A stretch of DNA of 64,000 nt from Justusliebigvirus alia, in the sequence record OZ035799.1; one strand, written 5' to 3'. Below the pieces are notes generated by a model. That model was not told the origin of the DNA and ran no database searches. It saw nothing but the letters and a program-made list of their open reading frames with translations. Both the position numbers and the translations under genes were made by a program. Shown in pieces: positions 36,218 to 45,876 of this stretch. Position 1 is the stretch's first letter, and each line of letters starts with the position of its first letter.

Positions 36218-36544
36218 TTACCAAACGTGTTGAGAAATAATAGTTTCCGTTTCAATGTTATATTTTTCAAGAAGTTGTGCGTAGGCTTCTTTTGCATTCT
36301 TATTTAGTTGCTCAAGATCTACAGCTACACTTCCTTCGCCACCTTCTAAATAAATCCCATATATGCAATAAGATGCATCAGCGTCATAGAAAGGTGAGAT
36401 ACGGCTTAAATCAAGACCTTCTTGTAAGAACCAATTAAAATCTCCATCAAATTCTTCTTCAATTCTAGGATCTTCTCCTACAGCCTCTTCCCATTTATTA
36501 AAAGGTGCACCCTGTAACATACGCCATTCAGTGGCAACTCCCAT
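36218..36544 (-). CDS. hypothetical acidic protein (108 aa)
   Basis: ORF. Confidence 0.55.
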   Translation of the reverse strand: MGVATEWRMLQGAPFNKWEEAVGEDPRIEEEFDGDFNWFLQEGLDLSRISPFYDADASYCIYGIYLEGGEGSVAVDLEQLNKNAKEAYAQLLEKYNIETETIISQHVW

Positions 36545-36680
36545 TATCTTCCTCCTCTTCTTTTTCTTCCGTGTGAACGAAGCCTAAACCGTTACAATTC
36601 CAACACGGAATAAATTGTTCCATACTAACAATAAAATTCCCAGTACCACCGCAGATAGGACAAATACTTACATCGTCCAT
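36528..36680 (-). CDS. small zinc-ribbon protein (50 aa; CPICGG...CWNC)
   Basis: ORF not in track. Confidence 0.45.
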   Translation of the reverse strand: MDDVSICPICGGTGNFIVSMEQFIPCWNCNGLGFVHTEEKEEEEDNGSCH

Positions 36681-36682
36681 TA

Positions 36683-36889
36683 TTAAAGCTCCTCAATCTT
36701 TTCTAACATCTGTTTTAACTCATTCTCTGTTAATAGAATTTCTGTGATACCATCATAAGTTTCTACCATCAGAGTAAAACATTTCTCTCCATCTGAACAT
36801 ATAAAAGCACCACCTTCATCTTCTGTTAAGTCAGAATTAATATCTACATCAACAAAATCAATCATCTTTTTCTCCTTTGATAATTTCAA
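36683..36889 (-). CDS. hypothetical protein (68 aa)
   Basis: ORF. Confidence 0.5.
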   Translation of the reverse strand: MKLSKEKKMIDFVDVDINSDLTEDEGGAFICSDGEKCFTLMVETYDGITEILLTENELKQMLEKIEEL

Positions 36890-37076
36890 ACTTGGCTACA
36901 CCATTAACTATAATATGACCGCAAGACATAACTCCTAGCCAATGATCACCATTCTTTTTTAAACGTTTGCCGTAAACATCACAGAAACCATTCTGTAATT
37001 CGGAAGCCTCATAAGAGGCTCCCTTTTCGAAAACGTCTTTGAAGTCAGAAATTAATCCAACACAAAGTAGTTTCAT
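36858..37076 (-). CDS. hypothetical protein (72 aa)
   Basis: ORF. Confidence 0.45.
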   Translation of the reverse strand: MKLLCVGLISDFKDVFEKGASYEASELQNGFCDVYGKRLKKNGDHWLGVMSCGHIIVNGVAKFEIIKGEKDD

Positions 37077-38161
37077 TAGAAGTCTAACTCCTCGTCATCA
37101 CTTACATCTTTATTTGCTGAATTCAGTTTGTAAGCTGTAATTTGGATCTCCTGTGCTGCTGCTTGAATTTGATCTGGATTTAACCAAACATCCATCCAAG
37201 GCAGTGGACTTTTCTTCGGTGCACGGAATTTGTGTTTCATTTTCAGTCTGCGATAGATAGGCGCAGCATTGAAGTAAACCCAAAGTTTGAACAACTCTGC
37301 GTTACCACCAACGATAATCCTTCCTTCACTAAACAGATAGTCACACCAATCTTCCTCTTGTCCAACTACCGTGTCAAGAATTTCTGTCAGAACGTCGATA
37401 TTATCTTCGTATACTTTTCTCCAGACAGGATCTTTCAGCAGTGCATCAATAATAGCATAATCCATTTTAACGTGCAATAGTTCATCCAACATAATTTTTT
37501 GAATGAGTTTAGCTGCACCTACAAACAGTTGCTGCTCTGCTAAGGCAAATGTTGCAGCAAAAGATGATATGAATTGAATGCCTTCCAGACCGATAAGTGC
37601 AATCATTCCTTTCAGAATCAGTAGACGAAGATTATCATCCTTCTCAATCAGACCTAGAGCATATTTATGTCCTGCCTCTGCCAGATCACTCATTATCTCT
37701 TCAACTATACCCATCCTCTGGAAGATTCTTTCATTCTCCATGATCTGATCGATAACTTCATTTGGATTAGGGATACACTGACGAATAATTTCAGAATATG
37801 TCAAAGCGTGTAAAACTTCCATCTCTGATTGCTTCATCATCATTGCACATGCTTCGTTGTTGCTTAAAAATGGTGCAAACAAAGTGATGATTGATTTAGC
37901 AAGTGAATCATTTTCCCATTGGAAAGATAGGTTTTTGATCATAACATCATAGTTGCTTTTAGAACAAGCTACGAAATCTTTTCGTGTCTGATCTAAGTTT
38001 ACTTCGTTTTCATCCCAATCTTGCTGTTTTTGTAGTTTGTACAGACGATGCATTTCTGGGTATGTTACATTAATAGAATCAAAAATACCTAACTGTTCTC
38101 CCAAAAATACAGGGTAGAAACCTTCTTTGTAAGTGTCGTTGTATAAGTTAATTGCTGCCAT
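37076..38161 (-). CDS. nrdB: ribonucleotide reductase class Ia beta subunit
   Basis: ferritin-like R2 size and motifs; adjacent to nrdA. Confidence 0.85.
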   Translation of the reverse strand: MAAINLYNDTYKEGFYPVFLGEQLGIFDSINVTYPEMHRLYKLQKQQDWDENEVNLDQTRKDFVACSKSNYDVMIKNLSFQWENDSLAKSIITLFAPFLSNNEACAMMMKQSEMEVLHALTYSEIIRQCIPNPNEVIDQIMENERIFQRMGIVEEIMSDLAEAGHKYALGLIEKDDNLRLLILKGMIALIGLEGIQFISSFAATFALAEQQLFVGAAKLIQKIMLDELLHVKMDYAIIDALLKDPVWRKVYEDNIDVLTEILDTVVGQEEDWCDYLFSEGRIIVGGNAELFKLWVYFNAAPIYRRLKMKHKFRAPKKSPLPWMDVWLNPDQIQAAAQEIQITAYKLNSANKDVSDDEELDF

Positions 38162-38483
38162 TTAAATCCTCCACAATATCACACATTGCTTTTATTGTAT
38201 CAATGTGTTCTCTCTCCATACCATCCTCTAGGTAAGCCTTCTCTAATGCGTCCCATACACTCTTTGTGAGTAGTATAGTAACCTCTCCCTCATACCTTGC
38301 TCTGGTTAAAGCATACCAGGTAGCTATGGGATCATTGGAAGCCCATATTTCAACACTGGAAAATTGAAAACCTGCAATATAATGACAACACCAATCGAAT
38401 GTAAAATCTTTACTATCTACCAGTGTATAATTTCCCCAGCGTCTTTGTGGTGTTGCCCCAGGTAATACAACTAATGTAGGCAT
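38148..38483 (-). CDS. hypothetical protein between nrdA and nrdB (111 aa)
   Basis: start refined to MPTLVV with RBS AAGGAGGA. Confidence 0.45.
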   Translation of the reverse strand: MPTLVVLPGATPQRRWGNYTLVDSKDFTFDWCCHYIAGFQFSSVEIWASNDPIATWYALTRARYEGEVTILLTKSVWDALEKAYLEDGMEREHIDTIKAMCDIVEDLNGSN

Positions 38484-38493
38484 ATTCCTCCTT

Positions 38494-38516
38494 AAGAAAG
38501 GGGGACAAAGCCCCCT
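38494..38516 (-). terminator. hairpin GGGGG-ACAAAG-CCCCC with T-run on minus strand
   Basis: seen directly. Confidence 0.5.
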
Positions 38517-38523
38517 AGTTTCA

Positions 38524-40785
38524 TTACATCTTACAAGCCTCACAACCGGATTCTTCATCCTCTTGAGCGAGTGAGGTTGCCGATTTTGTTCTGCTATTTA
38601 GATAGTACAAAGATTTACCACCAAGTTTTGCAAACTGAAGAATATATTGCATTTCTGATTTAATGGATAAACGACCACCTTCCATCTTAGAATAGTCAAT
38701 CCACTTATCACATGATGCACCTTGATCTAAGAATTTAGTCAACAGTCCATATGCTTCAGCCATATCTTTATCTGGTGTATCCCAAGCCGATTGGTAAATA
38801 TCTTTTAGTTTATCGTAGTCTGGCACAATAAACAGAACATTACCCTTTTGGCTTTGTTTATAAACTATAGTATCACGTACAGGATACACAGAGTTAGTCG
38901 TATTACTTACAAGACTACTGGACTCATTTGGAGCAATAGCTGCTAATACGCTATTTCGGATACCACCTTGTGCAATGATATCTTGTCGTAAACCTTCCCA
39001 ATCCATTTTAAGTTTAAAATTGCCAATATCGTCTACAGCTTTAGCGTAGGTGTCAATAGGCAACCATCCTTCAGGCCATTTGGTTTTATGCATCCATTCT
39101 GCATTACCTTTCTCTTTTGCCAAACGAAGAGAAGCTCTTGCTAACCAATAATAATGTCTTTCTGCTAATTCGTGAATTAGTTTTTTGCCGTAAGGATCTG
39201 AATAAGTAACAAAATTACTTGCCAGATAATGTGCAAGGTTTGTAATACCTACACCGATAGACCTACGTGCTTTAGCAGTGATTTCGTTATGTTTAAACGG
39301 ATACTGCATTGTTTCAATAACATTATCAATAGTTAGAACGGTATAATATGCAACATCTTCATATTCTTCTGGTGTAACACGACCAGCTACAATAGAAGAC
39401 AGGAAGCATAATGCCAATTCTTGATCTTCTGTATTCTCACCCGTGAAAAGATCAGTCATATTGTGAAATGCTTTCGTAGGTAAGAAAATTTCTTGGCACA
39501 AGTTTGACTGATAAATAACATCCTTAAACGGAGTATGTTTATTAACATTGTCAGCAAAGAACATATAAATACGTCCTGTCTCTGCTCTTTGTGTAATAAT
39601 TTCTGCCAGAAGATCTCGTGCTTTTACAAACTTCTTCTTAATTCGTTTGCGACTAACTTTTTCATATACTTCTTCAAACTCTTCCTCGCTTTTATAAAGC
39701 GCCTCATAGAGTTCTGGTGCTTCGTCATAACTGACTAGCATCCAATCTTTACCTTTTGCTGCACGACGCAGGAAAGCATTGTTTACTACGATAGAGTAAT
39801 CAAGTTTATCTACTCGTTTTTCACTAACCGTAGTTGGGTTTTTCAAACGTACCAGATCTTCAAAGTCAGGCTCTAATATTGTGAACGTTACTGTTGCACT
39901 TCCACCACGACTTGCTTGTTTTGATGCTCCAACACTTGTTTCCATCCACTTCAGATATGGTAAAAGACCACCGTGAACGATACGGTTGTTCTTAACACCT
40001 TGTCCTGTAGCACGGGTTTGGAGGTTAACACCAATACCTGCATTATTCAAGGTATATTCATGAGCAAGATAGTTAGCAATTGCTAAAGATTCTGCTGTAT
40101 CATCTGCTCTAAACAGACAACAAGAAGCACTACCTTTAATCTTAGTACGCAAAGTTGTTAAATAAGGCGATGGTAAATTAATCTTAAGATCACTTACGTA
40201 GGTATATAGACGTTTAATGTCTTCTACTCTGCGATCTTTTGGTTGAATTTCCATTACCTTCATTGCTACACCAATGAATAAAAACTGTGGTGATTCAAAA
40301 ACAACATCATTGATCGCATCTTTCACAAGATACTTATCAACCATCTGGCGCAGTACGGAATAACCATAAGTTAGGTTTTTATCGTGATTGACAATTTTAC
40401 CAATCTCAATAATTTCTTCTTCTGTATAATCCATTTTTCCCCAATAGCCTTTACTTACAGACATATTGTAGAAATCCAGGAGGGAGGGGATATTGTGATA
40501 TCCCCCATGAGCCTGTTTATAAATCATACCAAGAAGTAACCGACCTGCCATATCACTATATGCCTGATCTTTCTTATCAATACATGCTGCTATCATAGCT
40601 TTATGTAAATCACGAGTAGGCACACCGTCGTAACAACGTTTAACAGCTTCAAGTTCAATTTCAGACCAATTTAATTTACCAGCAGCAAACTCTGACCATT
40701 TACGAAGTTTTTCTGGATTAAATTCTTCTTTCTTGCCGTTTGTTTTTGTTACATAACGGATAGATTTGCTTAGATACTGAGTCAC
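38524..40785 (-). CDS. nrdA: ribonucleotide reductase class Ia alpha subunit
   Basis: 753 aa, N-terminal ATP-cone and catalytic-core motifs. Confidence 0.9.
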   Translation of the reverse strand: MTQYLSKSIRYVTKTNGKKEEFNPEKLRKWSEFAAGKLNWSEIELEAVKRCYDGVPTRDLHKAMIAACIDKKDQAYSDMAGRLLLGMIYKQAHGGYHNIPSLLDFYNMSVSKGYWGKMDYTEEEIIEIGKIVNHDKNLTYGYSVLRQMVDKYLVKDAINDVVFESPQFLFIGVAMKVMEIQPKDRRVEDIKRLYTYVSDLKINLPSPYLTTLRTKIKGSASCCLFRADDTAESLAIANYLAHEYTLNNAGIGVNLQTRATGQGVKNNRIVHGGLLPYLKWMETSVGASKQASRGGSATVTFTILEPDFEDLVRLKNPTTVSEKRVDKLDYSIVVNNAFLRRAAKGKDWMLVSYDEAPELYEALYKSEEEFEEVYEKVSRKRIKKKFVKARDLLAEIITQRAETGRIYMFFADNVNKHTPFKDVIYQSNLCQEIFLPTKAFHNMTDLFTGENTEDQELALCFLSSIVAGRVTPEEYEDVAYYTVLTIDNVIETMQYPFKHNEITAKARRSIGVGITNLAHYLASNFVTYSDPYGKKLIHELAERHYYWLARASLRLAKEKGNAEWMHKTKWPEGWLPIDTYAKAVDDIGNFKLKMDWEGLRQDIIAQGGIRNSVLAAIAPNESSSLVSNTTNSVYPVRDTIVYKQSQKGNVLFIVPDYDKLKDIYQSAWDTPDKDMAEAYGLLTKFLDQGASCDKWIDYSKMEGGRLSIKSEMQYILQFAKLGGKSLYYLNSRTKSATSLAQEDEESGCEACKM

Positions 40786-40796
40786 TTCCTCTCCTA

Positions 40797-41057
40797 TTAA
40801 TTGTGCATGTTTAGAACATCTACATCATAACCGCCACGCATCTCATTATATAAGCCATTTGCGTATAGAAAACCTTCAAAATGATCTATACCTTCAAAAC
40901 CTTTTGCCTTTGCTTTGCGGTCTGCTTCTTGTCTTTTTGGGGATAATCTTTTAGATGTATCAAGGATAACTGTTACATTGCAACCTAATGTTTCATCAAA
41001 ATAGACTTCAATTTCACAGCCTTCATATTTATTACTTTCTGTCATTTGGCCTCTCAA
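40797..41057 (-). CDS. hypothetical protein (86 aa)
   Basis: ORF. Confidence 0.5.
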   Translation of the reverse strand: MRGQMTESNKYEGCEIEVYFDETLGCNVTVILDTSKRLSPKRQEADRKAKAKGFEGIDHFEGFLYANGLYNEMRGGYDVDVLNMHN

Positions 41058-41468
41058 TTAGAATTCAGAATCATCATCTCGTGATGGATCATGTTCATTT
41101 CCGAAGTCTTCCATTTTGATATGAGAGCTACCCCAACCTGTAAAATCTTCTTCTCCAAAGTGCAAAATATCTACACCTTGATAGATTCGCTTATATTTAT
41201 AGTCTTGTCGAACTGGGAAAGTATACAATGTAGTATTTGCAAACACCACACGTCGATTGTTGTTACTACGAATATTAACACCACGTTCTACTGTATAATG
41301 TCCATCGGTAGACATACCAAGCATTACTAATGCTGCTCGCAATGTAGTGTTATGATACTCGTGAGGAATTTTTCCTCCGTGCTTTTTAGCCATTTCTTTC
41401 CAGATCGGTGTAGCCTTAATGGTAGACATACTTACGGTCGCCCAAATGGTTGTATTAATTAGTGACAT
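41058..41468 (-). CDS. hypothetical protein (136 aa)
   Basis: ORF. Confidence 0.55.
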   Translation of the reverse strand: MSLINTTIWATVSMSTIKATPIWKEMAKKHGGKIPHEYHNTTLRAALVMLGMSTDGHYTVERGVNIRSNNNRRVVFANTTLYTFPVRQDYKYKRIYQGVDILHFGEEDFTGWGSSHIKMEDFGNEHDPSRDDDSEF

Positions 41469-41565
41469 AAATTCTCCTTCTCTCTTTTAAGGAGAGCATA
41501 GCTCTCCTAACGTTAGCCTATACTACACGAATCTCAATTAAAAGTCAACTATAATTTTAAGTTGA

Positions 41566-42537
41566 TCACCATTTTGTATGGTTAGTCAAAAGTTGACGAT
41601 GTTGAATCCAACCGCAGAAGTTTCCACTCCACAAACGATGTTTACGATCCATATGTGTAATACCTTCTTCCCAAGAAGTAGGGAACGGAGGAATATTAAT
41701 ACCACCTTTCTGTTGTTTTAATCCTGACAAATCCATTTCTTTCATTGGCGTTGCCTGGTGTTCAAACGGAGATGCATGTACCTTTTGTCCAGACAGCAAA
41801 CGAGAATAGATATCCAATGCTTTATCTTTAGTATCATTCAACTTACGATAACTTACCTGAGCGCAACAAGAAGCTGAAATAGCTTTTGCTTCCTCTTCTG
41901 TCAACATTTTCTCGTTGGAGAAGGTTTCACCCAAGAAATAACGGATCATACCAGTTTCTGGATCTCGATCACGATTAACGTAAGGTGTATGCCATTCCCC
42001 TGGGAAAAGAAGATATGGTTCAGAAGATTCATACAGTTTTTTAATTTCTTTAGCAAGAGCCTCAATAGTAGGATCTGCATCAGCATCTACACGCAACCAC
42101 AAGAAGTTTTCTAGCTCTGTAGTGGTTACTACAGTCTTCATACGCTGGAATGGTTCTAGTAGGCGGTTTGCAACCTGTTTATGATAACCAGCAAGGGCAA
42201 ACTCTTCTGCAAAACGTGCAGCACTTAGTGCAGCCAAGTCCCACCATTCTTTTGCAGTGTAACCTGCATCAATCAGGGCATCGTGATCTGTGCCTTTATC
42301 TTGCATACCTGGTTGGTTAGCACCAAAACGATAAGGACGTGCTGGAGATTGCCGTACCATTTCAATTAGAGTTTTAACAGGGATAGCTCGACTTGATGCG
42401 GCATTACGAGAAAACAAACGATGCGTCATCAATTCAGAGTGAATGATTCGAGGATATTCAAGTTCAAAGGTAACAATATCCTTACCTTCAGATGTTTGAG
42501 AGTGTGCAATAATTTTTGCTGAAATAGAGTTTGTCAT
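41566..42537 (-). CDS. thyX: FAD-dependent thymidylate synthase ThyX-like
   Basis: ThyX-like signature HR-x7-SSR in ELMTHRLFSRNAASSRAIP. Confidence 0.6.
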   Translation of the reverse strand: MTNSISAKIIAHSQTSEGKDIVTFELEYPRIIHSELMTHRLFSRNAASSRAIPVKTLIEMVRQSPARPYRFGANQPGMQDKGTDHDALIDAGYTAKEWWDLAALSAARFAEEFALAGYHKQVANRLLEPFQRMKTVVTTTELENFLWLRVDADADPTIEALAKEIKKLYESSEPYLLFPGEWHTPYVNRDRDPETGMIRYFLGETFSNEKMLTEEEAKAISASCCAQVSYRKLNDTKDKALDIYSRLLSGQKVHASPFEHQATPMKEMDLSGLKQQKGGINIPPFPTSWEEGITHMDRKHRLWSGNFCGWIQHRQLLTNHTKW

Positions 42538-42546
42538 TATTTCTCC

Positions 42547-43137
42547 TTAAGGTAGTAAAATACTTTCAATTTCTTCCCACTGATTATCTAAACCAGTGAT
42601 AATTACATTAGGAAGTTTCTTTAACTCTTCCAAGTATGGATCTTCGTAAATAGTGTTGAAATATATTTTCAACGTTTCATCTGGAAATAGGACAAGATTT
42701 TCAGCCCTATCGTCAATAGTTACGTCGCAAGGTAATAAGTATTTTTCTTTTGTTGCGAAAAAGCCATTACCAGATGTTCTACTAAAGTCCACTTTATCTA
42801 AAGATCGTGTTACGTGTCTATATTTAGAACTAAGGTGTCCACCCTTAGTGTGGCTTGCTATAGATATATTAGCTCCATTTGCAATTATACGATGAACAAC
42901 ATCTGTACTATTAGGTACTACTCCCATAGTATCATATAGATGTTGGTTATCCCAAAAAGAGTAAGGATCTACACCAAATTGCTTTTTAAAATCAGGAAAA
43001 TATTTCGTAATATCATAATGCACAGTCTTTTGTGTCTTATCAAACTTGATATTAGATCTACTTACCGCATTTAACCAACTCAACCATTCTATATCGGCAG
43101 GAGCTATTACTAAATCCCAATCACATACTAGACGCAT
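42547..43137 (-). CDS. HAD-family 5-prime(3-prime)-deoxyribonucleotidase-like phosphatase
   Basis: N-terminal DxDxV motif (CDWDLV); start refined to MRLVCDWDLV with RBS AGGAGAAAAA. Confidence 0.5.
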   Translation of the reverse strand: MRLVCDWDLVIAPADIEWLSWLNAVSRSNIKFDKTQKTVHYDITKYFPDFKKQFGVDPYSFWDNQHLYDTMGVVPNSTDVVHRIIANGANISIASHTKGGHLSSKYRHVTRSLDKVDFSRTSGNGFFATKEKYLLPCDVTIDDRAENLVLFPDETLKIYFNTIYEDPYLEELKKLPNVIITGLDNQWEEIESILLP

Positions 43138-43684
43138 TTTTTCTCCTGTTATAACATTTTCTACACATTGTTTCGTAAATGTCTTCTCCTCCAATAACAA
43201 TCTGTTCTTTAGAGTCGATAAGTCTAGCATTGAAAATAGCTTTTCTTCCACATTTACAAATGCTTTTCAATTCTGTAATTGAATCTGCTATGGCTAATAA
43301 CCGTTCAGAACCTTCGAACAATTCTGTAGCAAAATCTGTTTTAAGCCCATAACAGAATACAGGAATATCGTAATTATCTACCACATCTCCAAGAATGTCA
43401 ACCATATCTTTAGTTAGGAATTGTGATTCGTCCACAAATACTGCATCTACTGGATTTTCTTTAAGTTGTGTATAAATTTCCAGCATATCTTCTTTTGTTT
43501 TAACTGGTTTTGCTTCCTCTTTAATACCTATCCTAGAAGCAATAGCACAACCAGATCTGGTATCTAAAGCTGAAGTTAAAAGAAGAACTTTCATATTTCT
43601 TTCTTTATAGTTCCAAGCTGTTTGTAGCAGATGTGTGCTTTTACCACTGTTCATCGGACTATATCGGAAATAAAGTTTAGCCAT
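43121..43684 (-). CDS. tdk: thymidine kinase
   Basis: P-loop YSPMNSGKST and C-terminal zinc-binding cysteines. Confidence 0.85.
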   Translation of the reverse strand: MAKLYFRYSPMNSGKSTHLLQTAWNYKERNMKVLLLTSALDTRSGCAIASRIGIKEEAKPVKTKEDMLEIYTQLKENPVDAVFVDESQFLTKDMVDILGDVVDNYDIPVFCYGLKTDFATELFEGSERLLAIADSITELKSICKCGRKAIFNARLIDSKEQIVIGGEDIYETMCRKCYNRRKNASSM

Positions 43685-43729
43685 ATTTTCTCCTCTAACG
43701 CTCCCATTTGTGGGAGCGATAATACTTTA

Positions 43730-44305
43730 TTATTTCTCTTCGTCAAGAAGAATTTTTACTATTTGTTTTCTTCGCTTACTTACTGTACTTTCTGGTGAAA
43801 TTCCGCGCTTCGTTAGCCAATTTTTATCCTTTTTAGACTGGCATAAAGCTATCGCTTCCTTCTCCGCTTTTGCTTCCCTGAATGTCATATCGTGCTTGTC
43901 AGCGTAAGCCAGGATAGCGTTACACTGCTTACAAACTACACGCAGGTCGTCTTCTGTTACGTACAATAGGCGTAAAACAAAACTTGGGATATCTTCATAA
44001 CAGGTTAATGTACCTGCTGCATTAATATGGTCTACTTGAAAGTCTTTCATACCTCCTGTATGTCCACACAATTCACATTTACAATTCCAAACCTGTTTCG
44101 GTTTGCCTGTTTTCTTATCTAAAACTATATTTCCATCTTTATCCAACCTATCAGCTTTAAATCGTACAGATTGGATCTTTTTTATCTTATTCGGGTGTCT
44201 CACCCATGCCTTCCTTAAGCAACCCCTTAAATATGTATAAAAGGCTGCTTGAGTTTTCCAAGGTGTTCCATCTCCCCAAATAACTTTAGGTTCTTTATTT
44301 TCCAA
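43730..44305 (-). CDS. endonuclease VII-like / HNH (His-Me finger) nuclease, putative
   Basis: CELCG...QVDH...CKQCN pattern resembling T4 EndoVII. Confidence 0.45.
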   Translation of the reverse strand: MENKEPKVIWGDGTPWKTQAAFYTYLRGCLRKAWVRHPNKIKKIQSVRFKADRLDKDGNIVLDKKTGKPKQVWNCKCELCGHTGGMKDFQVDHINAAGTLTCYEDIPSFVLRLLYVTEDDLRVVCKQCNAILAYADKHDMTFREAKAEKEAIALCQSKKDKNWLTKRGISPESTVSKRRKQIVKILLDEEK

Positions 44306-44489
44306 TAGTGCTCACCTTTTTAGCTACATAATCTCCTGGTGGAATGTTATATTTAAAGAAAAGCATACGGTCTAAACCAGCTTTACACATGTTTTCTGGG
44401 ATTGTGATTGTATATAGGAGTTTATCTCCACGCTTATTGTATATTTTATATACTTCACCCTCTCCGTATTGTTTACCATGAGAAGTCAT
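44295..44489 (-). CDS. hypothetical protein (64 aa)
   Basis: ORF. Confidence 0.45.
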   Translation of the reverse strand: MTSHGKQYGEGEVYKIYNKRGDKLLYTITIPENMCKAGLDRMLFFKYNIPPGDYVAKKVSTIGK

Positions 44490-44874
44490 CTACACTCTCC
44501 TTCAATGTTTCAATAGCACCTGCTGCTTCAATATACTTACCTTTGTACATTGCTTTTAAAGCCTTACGAACAAGATCATCGTCTGTGTATAAATCAATTA
44601 ACTGATTAGCTAACTCAATTTTTACAGGATTTTTTAAGTTAGGGTAGGCTTCATACAACATATTGTAATACTTATCACTTAATTCTTTTTCAATATGAAT
44701 AACGTGAATCGCTTTGTTTAGGTTGATCACACGATCACCTTTGTTTCGACAAGCATACTTAGCTAACTTAGTGAAACAAGGAGTTGCACCAATTAGATAT
44801 GCAAGTTCCAAAGGTTGCATACGCATACGTTTGTAGTGATCACCATCAATTTGAATATCCAGTGCTGTAGTCAT
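44473..44874 (-). CDS. hypothetical protein (133 aa)
   Basis: ORF. Confidence 0.55.
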   Translation of the reverse strand: MTTALDIQIDGDHYKRMRMQPLELAYLIGATPCFTKLAKYACRNKGDRVINLNKAIHVIHIEKELSDKYYNMLYEAYPNLKNPVKIELANQLIDLYTDDDLVRKALKAMYKGKYIEAAGAIETLKESVDDFSW

Positions 44875-44883
44875 AAATCCTCC

Positions 44884-44911
44884 AAAAATAAAGGGGCTTT
44901 CGCCCCTTTTT
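44884..44911 (-). terminator. terminator hairpin GGGGCTTTCGCCCC flanked by A-run/T-run
   Basis: third copy of the same hairpin. Confidence 0.65.
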
Positions 44912-44913
44912 TA

Positions 44914-45876
44914 TTAAATTCCAATAACAGTGTTTACACGCTTCTCTTTGCTACGCAAATTAACACGTCCACGAGACAGGCTATTACATGATGTGCATCT
45001 TAGCACTTGGAATGTACTAACCGCTGTTGTGTAAACCTTACCAGGAACAACTTCAAGGTGCTCTTTACCGCAACGAGGACAACGAAGTTTTTCATCGTCA
45101 TAGAATGCAGATACGTTAGGATGTTGTGGAATCCATGCACGAAGTTTGATGTAAAGATCTCGAAGAGAAACAACATCACCATCATTGTATGTTTGCATAC
45201 GGAAGAAGGCATGTCTATCTCCTTCACAACATGCTTTCCACAAAGGAAAACCTTCATTATCAAGTTTAAAGTTTTCTGTATCAAAATACAAACACATTTC
45301 TTTAAGCGCATTAGAAGGTAGTGCAAACTGCTTCTTAGCTGCCTTGAGTGTATCAATTACAACATAATGTGATGGTGGCTCCATACCGTGAAAAGCAAAA
45401 CGTTGGTTAATATAAGCCTTATCAAACTTAATACCGTTGTGCGCGATCACAATATCGGCATCGTCAAGCAAGTGCCAGAGATCTTGACATAATTCCCAAT
45501 CATCTGTATGATCTATGTCAAACAAGGGGTAATTGCTAAGGTTCTTACCTTCTACTTCCCCTGTTTCTAAATCAGAAGATGAATAGGAAAGCAAGTAACC
45601 TCGACGAATAACTTGTTCAGGTGCAATAAAGGCTTTGAAACGTGAGAAGCTATACACAATCTCCGGTGCTGTCTCTACGTCAATAATTTTAATTACTGGC
45701 CCACCTTTATCTTGCGGAGCACCTCGATGTGGTGAATTTACACGAGCTAAGTAATCATTTACTGTGCTCTTCTTAGTAGAACTTCCCAACACCTCTTGTG
45801 CAATCTTACGCGAAGAATAACCTTGTGCTTTCATAGATACAATCAAGGCTTTCTGTTCGTCTGTTAATTTACTCAA
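44914..45876 (-). CDS. DEDD-family 3-prime-5-prime exonuclease (DexA-like) with N-terminal HTH-like region
   Basis: Exo motifs IIDVETA, HNGIKFD, YNDGD. Confidence 0.65.
   Translation of the reverse strand: MSKLTDEQKALIVSMKAQGYSSRKIAQEVLGSSTKKSTVNDYLARVNSPHRGAPQDKGGPVIKIIDVETAPEIVYSFSRFKAFIAPEQVIRRGYLLSYSSSDLETGEVEGKNLSNYPLFDIDHTDDWELCQDLWHLLDDADIVIAHNGIKFDKAYINQRFAFHGMEPPSHYVVIDTLKAAKKQFALPSNALKEMCLYFDTENFKLDNEGFPLWKACCEGDRHAFFRMQTYNDGDVVSLRDLYIKLRAWIPQHPNVSAFYDDEKLRCPRCGKEHLEVVPGKVYTTAVSTFQVLRCTSCNSLSRGRVNLRSKEKRVNTVIGI

Noticed and set aside
38148-38558. Homing endonuclease between nrdA and nrdB
   Set aside because: The inter-subunit ORF lacks GIY-YIG, HNH or LAGLIDADG motifs, and its N-terminal part is the out-of-frame end of nrdA. 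Kept only as a short hypothetical CDS (38148..38483).
45000-45367. ORFs 45000..45356 (-), 45007..45321 (+) and 45185..45367 (+) inside the exonuclease gene
   Set aside because: Alternative-frame or antisense ORFs within the well-supported DEDD exonuclease CDS; no independent signals.
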